Shown here piece after piece: positions 12,631 to 23,834 of a stretch of DNA of 64,000 nt (positions within the stretch are counted from its first letter, which is position 1; the number at the start of each line of letters is the position of its first letter). Source of the DNA: Paraspadella gotoi. Its lineage: Eukaryota > Animalia > Chaetognatha. The position numbers and the translations under genes were made by a program. The DNA lies in the NCBI GenBank assembly GCA_051294375.1, contig CM119269.1, positions 21,313,665-21,377,664 on the forward strand, written 5' to 3'. The notes beneath the pieces are model-generated. The model did not search any database and was not told the origin of the DNA. It saw nothing but the letters and a program-made list of their open reading frames with translations.

Positions 12631-15068
12631 ACGACAACGATAACAGACGGCAGTGAGGAATCGGAAACTCACGAGTAACCGATGGTGTCGACCAAGGTGG
12701 ACAGATGCCGCAGCCCGCTGTCGTCGCAGTGATACAGCATTCGCTCGTCCTCCGGCACGAGGTCGACGTCGTGGAAGATGAAGCAGCGGATGTCGGGGCG
12801 CACCTCGCGGACGAAACGGAACCCTACGTTGTAGAGTTTTCCTGAATTGATTGATATACTGATTTAAATTGAAGTTTAAATCGATTTTTATACTAAATTG
12901 TGATTAGTATGCTGGCCTCGACTCGACTCGAGCTATGGAACAAAAAATGAGATTCTTTTTCATGCTCTTTCTTTGCACACTGTGGTTGAGTAAAGAGTAA
13001 TATAAATATTTACATGAAGGCAACTGGAATTTATGTTCATCTAAAAGTTCCTTTCCTTTCGACTGATATCGTCCATTACCTTTGTTGAATAGCTTATGCT
13101 TTTCTCCCCCTTGCTCCACAACAAAGATTTGATAATCAAGCTTTTGTCTTTGAAGTAAAGGATGCAGTATTTTTAACAGATAAAAGAGGTGAAATTCTCG
13201 ATCCCTGAAAAAAAATGAAATAAAATTTAATTATACAACATTTTATTTATTGGATAGCAAAAATTATAATCGTGTGTCACCGCACTATAAAATTGTGTTT
13301 ATTTAAACTTTATGTTGCGACGGCATGAAAAAATAACCTGAAACTGATGATGATGGCGACGGATTGTTTGGCCAAGCAATCATCTGGCCTCCAAGCTCCG
13401 CCCTTGATTACTCCTTGCAAGCTCAAGCTAAAAGAAATAGTTGAAGATCATAATTCATCAATATAAACCCTTATTTTCATCTTGTTACAATGTTACATTA
13501 TTCACTTTTAAGATTTCTTTAGTGGGCGAAATACAATTTAGTATATACTACAATATTTATTAGTTGAATAAAATATTACTCACGTGATATTTTTATCGAA
13601 TTTCGTCGCATTTGATGAGCTTCTCTTGATGTGGTCTTGCCAGGCGGCGAAAGTAGGGAATCCATCACGTCGCCAAAGAAGACCTTCAAATATTTGGTTT
13701 TCATTTAAAACTTATTTTTTTGACGGCTGAACTTGTAGTCGGGCATTGCCTAGGTTCACCCCGCCTATAAACATGACACTTACAGTTGTGACCCCGTGGC
13801 TCATTGAGTAAAGCCATCAGCTCATGACCACTAGGTACCGGGTTTAATCCCAACCCGGTACCTACCCTGTGGGAAGAGTGAGGACGGCCGTAAGCCGCCT
13901 TGGGGGTGTGGCAAACCCTCAAGCCTGGTTCCAAGCCCAGAACCCGTTCCATGTCTGCTAGAGGGGGTTATAGAAGTTACGGATAGTCATCTTCTGCCCA
14001 CTTAGCGCCTTATCCACAAACTACATGAACTTGGAGAATCCAAGAGCAACTGCTGTAATTAAAGCTTTTTGCATAACATGTTATATTTTTACGCGCCATT
14101 CCTTCACAAAATGAGGATGAAGAATGATGACTTTTGACATTTGTCCCTACACTTTTTCTGACAGCAATCCCCTTGAATATACGTATTATTGTTTTTTCGA
14201 TTTTTTTTTTGCTCTTAATTCTGTCTGCCACAGAAGATAATATGAAAATATTGTGGAGAATATACTGCCACAATACACATCGAAATATTTCACAAATGTG
14301 GTTTTGCTTTTACACAGATGCCCTCATTAAGAGACATTGAATTGTTATTACACTAAGCGTGTAATGATGTTAAAACAACATTGTACTTATATTAAGGTTA
14401 AAATTTACTTTTAACTGTTTTAGCCAAATACTTTTTTCTCAGAAATACTTACCCAGATCTCCGTTCGGCGCGCAGGGCTCCAGTTTTGAGCCCCTGAAGA
14501 GAACGCGTTTAAAATGATCTCTGAGAGTTTCGTTGAACGAAAAGTCGAAGCCTTGGATCGAGAGGTCGATAAATGACGAGGAGTTTGATCCGGTGTGGTT
14601 GAAGCCAATGGGCGTGGCAGCGGAGAAAGATTTGGCGTCGACAACTACGGATATAAACCCATCTTTTGTTTTCATATTTGAAACGAATCCAAATCCCAAC
14701 TCTGATAATCACGATAATGAATCTTACCCGGAATTGAGAATTTGCCATTTATCTTTCCCTCGACGGAGGGCGTGACCTTGGCGGGTTTGGGAAGTTCGAA
14801 CTGACCCGAGAGAAACGAGTCGACAGACTGATAGGCGATCTGCGGGACTCTCATCCCGAGAGGCTTTGATTTCTTCCGTTTATCAGTGGTGAACGACAGT
14901 GGGCCTGCGTTTAAAAAGACCAAAAGCACAAGTTAATGAAAAAAAACTTTACCTACAGCAAAGATTTGAGAAAAATTACAAATTAAATTACAAATAATTC
15001 TTACCAGATATAAAAATTATAAAAACGATGACTGTGACACCTTTATAAAAAAAGGATCTGGCCAACAT
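10762..15068 (-). CDS. Glycosyltransferase family 7 (beta-1,4-galactosyltransferase / beta-1,4-N-acetylgalactosaminyltransferase-like), multi-exon type II membrane protein
   Basis: GT-AG exons in consistent phase: 15068-15005 (MLARSFFYKGVTVIVFIIFIS signal anchor), 14904-14728, 14644-14453 (LEPCAPNGDL), 13683-13584, 13427-13338 (GGAWRPDDCLAKQSVAIIISFR), 13204-13080 (DREFHL..LHPLLQRQKLDYQIFVVEQ..FNKG), 12841-12673 (LYNVGF..CFIFHDVDLVPED), 12357-12221 (VGGV..NGFSNLYWGWGGEDDDF), 11956-11824 (RYTMLSH), 11163-10964 (EGLN), 10907-10762 (low-complexity tail, TGA). DVD, WGWGGEDDD and MxxH are GT7 hallmarks. 5'-most and last exons are less certain. Confidence 0.93.
11301..11343 (-). ncRNA. Minimal type I hammerhead ribozyme (Penelope-like pLTR type)
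   Basis: Sense GCA-CTGATGA-AGGCTT-GAATGA-AAGCC-GAAAC-TT-GTA-TGC; in a GT7 intron, same strand as the gene. Confidence 0.75.
13734..14018 (+). mobile_element. Solo-LTR-like element, family C (tRNA-like head + permuted twister)
   Basis: AACT|TGTAG...TCCACA|AACT (4-bp TSD at 13730-33 and 14019-22); 5' hairpin; A-box-like TGGCTCATTGAG and B-box-like GGTTTAATCC; lies in a GT7 intron, antisense. Confidence 0.8.
13868..13953 (+). ncRNA. Twister ribozyme, circularly permuted (P5-type), family C
   Basis: GA-GGA(T1)-CGGCCG(P1)-U^AA-GCC-GC(T2)-C-TTGGGGGT/ACCCTCAA(P3)-G-CTGG(P4)-U-TCC(T1)-AA-GC(T2)-CCAG(P4'). Predicted cut 13891/13892. Confidence 0.78.
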
Positions 15069-15883
15069 TTTTGTAGGCACCGCACACTGAAAAATGAAGA
15101 AAAAATTATCTATTATGAGGCTAAATATTTTAAATAATCCGGATAAAACTTCGACTTTAAAAAAATTTATAAAAAAGTTGAATGAAAAAATCGTAAATCT
15201 ATTAAATGCACGTAAAAAAAAAGAAGAAAAATTACTGAGTTGGAATAATTAAGTCATGTTGGTTTTTGAGAAGTTAGGTTTGATTTGGAATGCACCGCGT
15301 TGGTAAGCTTTCGTTTTTGGTCGATGTTTGTGGACAAAGAGAAGCCAACAGGATTCGAGATGTAATTTCCGACGAGATGCAGAGACCGGCTTTTCTCGTC
15401 ATTCTTGCATGCGGAGAATAATAGGTAATAGATAATTACGAGATTCCAAGATCTGATTCATCGATTTCGGTCGATGGTTAAACCGCATTATGTTACAGGA
15501 CGCATATTTAAAAACAGTTTTGACTTTTCAATGTAATATTCAGAAATGAATTTTATAATTGAACACCGGCCTCGTTTTATTTTTCAACACGAAACGAGCA
15601 AAAATATTCAGTAAAAATAAAGGAGGAAATTTCTAAGGAGTCAAAGGTCGTGAAATAACACAAACGTTTGTTTTGACAAATGTGACTGAAATGAAAAGAC
15701 GACTGTGAAGAAGAAGATGAATAGAAACCTTGAAAACCGCAAAGACAAACGGAAAAATTACAACAATTCTCAGAATTTTATGAGGAAATTTGAAATTTTG
15801 AGGTTATTCATATTATAAAGTAATTTTGAAAACCCGACAATTTCAGAATAATCTGGATAGAATCTTTCTCTCTCTCTCTCTCT

Positions 15884-15923
<40 letters not shown>

Positions 15924-16539
15924 TCATAGAAAGAAAGTGAAAGAGAAAAAATTGAAGGACCAAAAGAACCAGAGGAAGAACGCCAGTACGATATGTTTCG
16001 AGCACGGAGCGACTCGGAGTAAACGACAACAACGACGACGAATAGGACAAAAGAACGGCGTTCGTCGTATAAATAGACGCGCGTCCATTTGGTTTTATTG
16101 TCGCCTTGCTCAAATGTGGACGCTTCGCCGACAAGTCGTCGACGTTCCCAAGTTGGCTCAAAGTGTAGAAAAAAGTGGAGAAAAAGTGGACAAAGAGTCG
16201 GTAGAAAAAAATGGGGAGTTATTTCGTTCAAACGGTAGAATTAAAAATGTTGGGGAAAAAAAGTTTAACTTTAGTAGAAATTGGTTGGAGTACGAAGTAA
16301 TTTTGAAGGCGACTTATGATTTTATTATGAATTACTGATTATTTAGCCGTTTAATCAGTATTTCAGAAGTAACAAAAACAGAGTAAAAAGTGAGTAAAGA
16401 AAAATTTTAAATCCGTCAGTGAAATTAAAAATTCATCTTATAGTCTGCGAAAACCGACAGAACCCTAGGAAAAAGGTCGAATATCTACTAAGAATCAGAG
16501 AAAAGTCGCCATTGACACGTAAAAGCTAAAATAGTCAAA

Positions 16540-17170
16540 CAAAAAATCGGCAAAGAGTGGGCAAATCGTCGGCAAAGAGTTGGTAATAGGTGGGCAAAGC
16601 GTAATCAAAGAGTCGGCAATAAGTGGGCAAAGCTTAATCAAAGAGTTGACAATAAATGGGCAAAGCGTTGGAAAAGAGTCGGCAAGGCATCGGCAAAGCA
16701 TTCACAAAAATATTGCAATAAGTAGTTAAAGAGTTGGAAATAAGTGAGCAAAGCGTTGGCAAAGCATAAGCAAAAAGTCAGCAATAATTGGGCAAAGCGT
16801 AGTCAAAGAATCGGCATTAAGTGGGAAAAGCATAAGAAAAGAGTTGACAATAAGTGGGCAAAGCATCGGTAATGCATCGGCAAAGCAAAGGCAAAGAGTT
16901 TGCAATAAGTGGGTAAAGCATAATCAAAGAGTCGACAATAAGTCGGCAAAGCATCGGCAAAGAGTCGGGAAGGCATCGGCACAGGGTAGGCAAAAAGTAG
17001 GCAATAAGGGGGAAAAGCGTAGGCAAAGAGTTGGCAAAGAATCAATTAAGAGCTAGCAATGCATAGAAAAAAGTCCGCTAAAAGCCGGCAAAGAGTCTTC
17101 AATGCGTCGGAAAAGAGTCGGCAAAGTTTCAGTAATAAGTCGGCAAAGCAAGACAACAACGAGTCGGAAA
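16540..17170 (+). repeat. Minisatellite of degenerate 11/33-bp units
   Basis: AAAGAGTCGGC / AATAAGTGGGC / AAAGCATCGGC variants. Confidence 0.85.
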
Positions 17171-19544
17171 AGCGCCGGTAAAATCGGCGTCGCAACGACG
17201 GTCACGAAACGACGCCGACCGACGCAAGTTTTGCTTCCAGCCGACGACTTTAACAACGACGACGACGACGACCACATTCGAAGTAATGAGGGAGACGTTA
17301 TCCTCGTTGATGTCCTCGGCGTCGATGACATTTTTTATTCCATCTTCCATCCGCTCGTTTTTGATGCCGCGTGGCGGCGTTTTCTGTTTCTTCTGGGGTA
17401 GTTTATGGGAATTTCCCACTGAGTAATAAATATATCTGGCTTACTGCGTTAAATACAAAATGTAGCTCGTAGAATGTTTTTGTGAATCGTAGTTTCATAT
17501 TTGTTTTAAGGTAGGAGGTCGCTGGTTAAACATTCGCAATGACTCGTACAATGGAGAACAGAAAAATTCCGGTTAAGTCTTTGAATTACCAAAAGCTCTC
17601 AGTTAATTAATTAAAAAAAGAATAATTTCTTAAGCCGAAATTAAGTTCTTTTTGTTAATACAATTTAATACAATTAATTTAATACAATTTGCTGCAATTT
17701 TTTGCGAGTCGGACGCGATAGCCAACTTATTGATTTTGACTGACGCTAGTGTTGCTTCGTCGGTGATACTCGAACGTTATTGCAACAGCTAATCTGTCGA
17801 TGGGCGGAGCTGTTGCACGGTTCCAGCCAAGCGAAACGAAAATACCCCGTTTTCTCCTCGAAGCGTCGTAACGAAATATAAAAGCGCGAGAAAGATATTT
17901 GTGTGAAAATGGTTTCGACTTTTCGCTTTATGAAAAGGGACGACGAGGACGACGACGAAGAGAACGACGACGACGACGACGACGACGATGATGAAACCGT
18001 CAATTCCCTGAACTGAGAAAAAAGGACAAGGAAAGACGACGAAGATATAAAGAAGAGGAGGAGGAGGAGGAGGAGGAGGAGGCGCGAATGAGGAGGACGA
18101 GGGGAAGTCGATGACGACCATCAAAAGCGTGAGGAAGAGGAAGGACTCTCTGTAAGAACGTCGAGTCCTCGACAAAAAGTCAAACTTGGACTAAGGCTGT
18201 TAAAAAAAAAAAACTTTTGGAAAATGAGAAAGAATCAAAGCATTTTTGAGGAAGTTAATGACAAAGACAAAGACAAAGACAAAGACAAAGACATTTAAAC
18301 GAGAAGTCACACAGTTGCTTCTTTTTACCGACCTTTCATTTTTTCTCTTTGTCTTTTTATTATCAAGCAAAAAGAGAAACGAAAACGTACAAGAAGAACG
18401 CGCCTAGTGGAGCGTGGTGGCGAACTAATGTTCAGATATTGTTCAGATTTTGCCATAAGCCTATCACTCCCCTAAAGATTCCTGTAAAAATTTTTTTTCT
18501 CATCGGCAATCTTTTATAATGTATACTGTATATTGTGCAGTGTACAGTACACAGTACACAGTGTACAGTTCTGTACACTATAAATATAAAGTGTAAAACG
18601 AAAGAAATGCCTCCGGACTTTAGAAATACGAAATGTGATAAGAAAAAAAATAGTCAATCTTCATATCATTCCAACAACAACTACAAACACAACAACAACA
18701 ACAACAAAAACAGTAACAACAACAAGGCCTTTGTTGTCTATTTTATCTCTGTGTTTCGTCAAAATCAAATCTGAAAATTTTAAAAAGTTAAAAAAGCGCG
18801 ACGCAATGTAATGAAAAAAACGGTTTTCTTGGCTTATGATCCGCGGTTGAATTGACACGATAAAGGAAGAAAGGAATAGAGAAAGAGAGGAAGAAAAAAA
18901 GGTAAGAAAAAAGGAAACTAGTGAAAAAATTGACAAAAATGTTGCATTGCATCGTCGATTTAGTCAGCGTACCAGTCACGATCCTTACGTGACTTAATGT
19001 GAATTAATAGACGGAGAGAGGAAATAAATATTAACGTGTCTACATTGAAAGGATCGTAAATATAGACGATGCTTAGTCGATTACAAGGAAGATGAAAAAG
19101 AAGAAAAAAAATGAAGAAAGGAAATAATTTTTTGAGAATAAAAAGGAGAAGAAGATAAGAAGAAGGAATGAGGGAAGGAAAGAAAAAGAAAAGAAGAGGA
19201 CGAAGAGTGGCAATAGACGCGAGCGATGATAAGAAAAGGAAAAGGAAGTGAGAGCTGGAATTCTTTATGTGATTGAAGGATTAAGAAGAGAAACGAGAGT
19301 GAGAGTTTGACGTATTCAGTCTTTACTTTCCTTTTTTTTCTTTCTTTTCCTTTCTTTTTTTTCTTTCTTTGTTCTTTTCTTTTATATTGTCTATATATAT
19401 TTGTTACTATATTCATTACTAAATTTATTTATACAATTTGTACAGCGACGAGGTTGCTTACCGCCACAGCTTCTTGATTATTTTTTTTTCTTTCTCTTTT
19501 CGTTTTTGGTCCTTTCTTTAAAAAAGGAAAATAAATCGTAATTA

Positions 19545-19581
<37 letters not shown>

Positions 19582-19674
19582 CTTCGGATAGAAACGGCGA
19601 GACGGAAATGAGGTATCAAGGTAACGATGTCGTTTTCCAGGAGGAGAGAAAACAGGACGGGAAAAGAGAAGGCG

Positions 19675-19900
19675 GGAAGAGTGAGGTGGGAAGTGGCAGT
19701 GGAGAGAGAGGCCGGGAGAAAGTGCGATGGGAAGTGGCAGAGTAGAGAGAGGCCGAAGCGAGTGAGATGGGAAGTGGCAGAGTAGAGAGAGGCGGAAGAG
19801 TGAGATGGGAAGTGGCAGAGTAGAGAGAGACCGGAAGAGAGTGAGATGGGAAGTGGCAGAGTAGAATAGGCCGGAAGAGAGTGAGATGGGAAGTGGCATA
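19675..19900 (+). repeat. ~38-40-bp tandem repeat
   Basis: GAGTGAGATGGGAAGTGGCAGAGTAGAGAGAGGCCGGAA, about 6 copies. Confidence 0.9.
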
Positions 19901-20711
19901 AGAGTAGAAAAAGGACGAAAACAAGGTTTAAAAGGGAATGAAAGAAAAAATCAACCAGACAAAGAATATAGGAGAGAATCGAATTCATTTTTCTATCTTA
20001 GTTATGTCTTTCATATTAAAACTTATATAAGTCTTGACTACAAGCTTACAGGGACTTGCTTTGTCAGAATAATGGAGGCCTTAAACTACCAAAGCCTGTC
20101 CAGGGTCAGGGGCAAGATAGCTTATTTATTGAATGAATGGATAATTATTATTAAAGCTTACTTTAAAAAAAAATTTATTAACGATATTGTTAGATAATTA
20201 AATTAATCATGTAAGATTTCTGAATGCATAATAAAATTGTCGAAAAGGTAAGAAATACATAAAGTATTTGACCATTTAAGCATATTCGTTATAATCTTCC
20301 TATAACTTTATTTTACTTACATGAAAAAAATTAAATAGGTTTAATTTGGATAGTGATGAAAAGTTTAAAATCTGGTGAATTGAAGATAAGACATAACACT
20401 CTCATGTTCAGAAACGACCACTAAAAATATTAACGTGTATGGATTTTATCGTATGCAATATGATGCGCGCGCATTAAAATGACTAAATGTTTTGAAAACA
20501 TCCACGACGCCTTATAGTTGCTTAAATTTTTTTTTTCATTGAATATAAAAGTAAAAAGCCAGAAAAAACTTTTGCCGCTCATTTTATTATTGTATCTCAA
20601 ATCGTTAAGACACGAAAGGACGTTAAGTTGTGTCTTGAAAAAGGGTCTTATATAGGACGAAAAGGACGGTAAAAGACTAAGGACCTGAGTGGATGTGAAA
20701 AGAATAAAAAG

Positions 20712-20778
<67 letters not shown>

Positions 20779-21656
20779 CACACCATCGAGGGTTCTTCCG
20801 TTTCTCCCTGGCTTTTCGATCTCAAACACTGGCTTCTTTACCTGCGCAGCATCCCTTGTCGAAAAACGGAGACTCGATCGGAATGTGACTTCACCCTGAA
20901 AACGACCTTGTCTTGGACGTTGATCGTTTACGAAGAAGGAGGAGGAGATGAGAGGAGATTAAATCGAACGAGGAAAGTAGGAAGATGAGAGAAGATGAAG
21001 AAAAAAGGGAGGAGGGAGGAAAGGAGGTCAATTGAGCTTTGGAAGAGGAAGCGGTGAAAGGCGAGGACAAGATCCTCGTTCCGTTTCGAACGGAGAGACG
21101 CGTACAATAAGATGAGAGAGATGATGGATAAAGATGGATCCATCCTTCGATCCGCAACCGACATCAGTCTTTATACATGGCTTGAAATTTAAGTTAAACG
21201 CCTGGTTCGTTGGGCGACGACAATGAAAAAGCCTTTTTCTATCAACTTGCTATCGTTCTGGAGAGTTACATTTATCGTATAAATTAGTATATAGCAATTA
21301 TCACTCAGTGAAGCTTTTAAAAAAGGACCAGAGCTTGGAGAGAAAAAAGATATCTGAGTGCGCGTAATGACAGCAAACATATAAATATCGCCATCAACAT
21401 CAACAACACATATATGATTCTAAAAGACGCACAAAATACAAAACTGCTCTTTTTTTTTCGCCCGGCAAATGAATCGTTCGAGACGGTTTTCTCTTTTTTT
21501 TTTCTGTTGCGAAGACGAATGAAAAAAGATTAAAGAGGCGCTTTAAAAGTTGCGCCGGAAGAAAGGAGAAAATAATGAGGGCCTCTCTCTTTTTTTTTCT
21601 TCTCTCTAATTTCCTTCTTTTTCCTCCACAATTCGTCGCCTCGTTGGAGCGAAAAC

Positions 21657-21744
<88 letters not shown>

Positions 21745-22379
21745 AAAGGGAGGAAAGGAAAAAAAGTTATAGAAAAAAAAATACAAATTTGAAAGAAAAA
21801 TGAGTTTTTGCGTCTTAATTCTTTATTTCTATGAGAGTTGATTGTCTCTTTCCTTTCTTTCATTCCCTCCATCTTTTCTGAAAGTATTTTCTGTAATTTA
21901 AAAAAAAAAAATAATTTGGCTTTCATAATATTTTCTTGCAAGTGCGTTTCTGTAATCGAGTCTCTATCAGTACATGTGATAATGTTCTTCTGCCTCTCTC
22001 TCTCGCTCGCACGGTCTCTTTCCCTCCCCCTGACTGCAACGTGAGTAAACGTATCTGTGAATAGAATCCTGGTCTTTTCGCGGCCATTCTGTAAACTGGA
22101 TGCACTACTATCCAATCCAAAACTGAGAGGATCACTTAGTTTTCACTCCCCGTTTTATTACAAAAAATTCTTCTTTACTTCCTTTTCCCTTCTTTTCCTC
22201 GACATCCCGTATCTCTTTTTGTCCTTTATTCCGCCACCCTTAACCTTCATTTCACCCTGCTCTCCATGTCTCTTCCTCCTCTTCCTCTTCCTCCTAGAAC
22301 TATTTTGACGCGCTTTTCCCAGTTTTGCCCCAAAGTGATCAACTTTTACTCTGCCCACTAAAGGCTTCTCGTCTCCAAA

Positions 22380-22661
22380 CCAATCGGTCCCCCCGCGAGA
22401 GAGAGAAAGAGAGAGATTCCTTCCTACTTTCCTGCGGTCCGGCTAATCGGATTGACGCTAGTAATTGGTTTCCACCAATCAGAAGAACTGCAGGACCCTT
22501 TTTCGTTTTAGAGGAAAGCTTTTTTTTTTTGGTTTTGGCCAATCGAACAACACTGGATAATTTTCGACCAATCATGGTATCGCCCTGGCCTGTCTCAGCC
22601 AATAGACGTCCGTGACGCTTCTTAAGACGACATGTATCTCTCTTTTTTAGTTGAGACCAAT
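22380..22661. promoter_or_regulatory. CCAAT-box cluster (candidate NF-Y promoter)
   Basis: CCAAT at 22380, 22475, 22539, 22568, 22599, 22657 and ATTGG at 22464. Confidence 0.45.
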
Positions 22662-22876
22662 GAGAATTAGGCTTCTTTTTTTAGGCCGCCCCATTCTTTC
22701 TTTTCTTACTTTTTTCCAGCAAGTGCGAAACAGTAACTCCATTAACAGAAAAGTGCTTTAGTTTATATTTAATTTTTTCTTTTTAAAATTGAAACGGAAA
22801 TTACTGTGAAGCAGTGTACGCATAGATAAAAAATATTCAGAAGATCGTAAGTAGTAAGAGGTGAATTAGACCTAAA

Positions 22877-23834
22877 TAGGGTAACGATAACCGTTAACAG
22901 TTAACGGTTATTAACGGTTAAAAATAATTTTAACCTAACCGTTAATATATTTATTTTAATGGTTAAATTTGGTTAATTTTTAAATATTATTTTTTTATTT
23001 TTTTGTATAAAATCTTTGATTTTTTAAAAGAAAAGTATTTTTTTCTTTTCCTCTCATATTCTTTTCTCCTTTTCTCTCTCTTTTCAATTTTTTCCTATTT
23101 TTTTCCTTTGTTATTTTCAACCCTTTTAATATTTTTTCTATACTAATCTCCTTTTGTACCTTTCTTTTTCTTTCTCTCTTTTCTTCACATTTTTTTCTCC
23201 CTTTTTTTTTACCTTTTTCATTTTTTTTCTTCCCGTCCAGTATATTTTCCCTTTTTCTTACTTATTTTCTCCCAATTTTTTTTTCGTTTTTCCTTTCAAT
23301 TAATTTTATGCATTTACATCAAAATAGTTTGCTCAAACCAATTTTTCATTTACTAACTAACTAAAATGTGTACCTATCTGAAATAGAAGATAAAAAAAGA
23401 TTCAGGAGCAAGGGTTAAAGATAAAATAACATTAAATACTTTAGTTTGATTTAAATAATAATATTTTAAATTTAAAGTTAAATTATATATTGTGTATAGA
23501 TTTCGTTGTGTTTCAAATTTAGAGAGGAAAACAATTTATTTGTTTTGTTTCAACAAATTTTTAGGACATTTTTTAGGACATGTTTCAACTTTACAGTTAG
23601 AGTCTTCATCAGTATTGCAGCATCATTGCAGCATTGCTGATGAAGACTCTAATTGTAGAGTCAAAACATATCCGAAAAAATGTCCTAAAAATTTGTTGAA
23701 ACAAAACAAATAAATTGTTTTCCTCTCTAAAAGTTAAATTATAAAATTAACCGATTTTAACAGTTAACAGTTAAAAATATTAGTTTTAACGGTTAAGCGA
23801 AATTTCTCAAAAATTAATGGTTATCAGAACCCTA
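22877..23834. mobile_element. Non-autonomous hAT-like DNA transposon
   Basis: 8-bp TSD GACCTAAA at 22869-76 and 23835-42; imperfect TIR TAGGGTAACGATAACCGTTAA; subterminal TTAACGGTTA repeats. Confidence 0.8.
23488..23729. mobile_element. Penelope-like fragment: inverted pair of hammerhead-bearing repeats nested in the hAT element
   Basis: ~100-bp inverted arms 23518-23615 / ~23634-23731; hammerhead cores at 23577-23612 (-) and 23637-23672 (+); 14-bp flanking duplication AAAGTTAAATTATA at 23474 and 23730. Confidence 0.72.

Noticed and set aside
13790-13862. tRNA-like heads as functional tRNA genes
   Set aside because: No complete cloverleaf; they are embedded in TSD-flanked repeats.
14702-14727. 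Apparent 26-nt GT-AG intron in the GT7 gene that restores frame
   Set aside because: An alternative acceptor at 14645 gives an 83-nt intron in the same phase, which is more plausible; RNA-seq is needed to decide.
19675-19900. Regular ~38-bp repeats as a CRISPR array
   Set aside because: No unique spacers, eukaryotic context, no cas genes.
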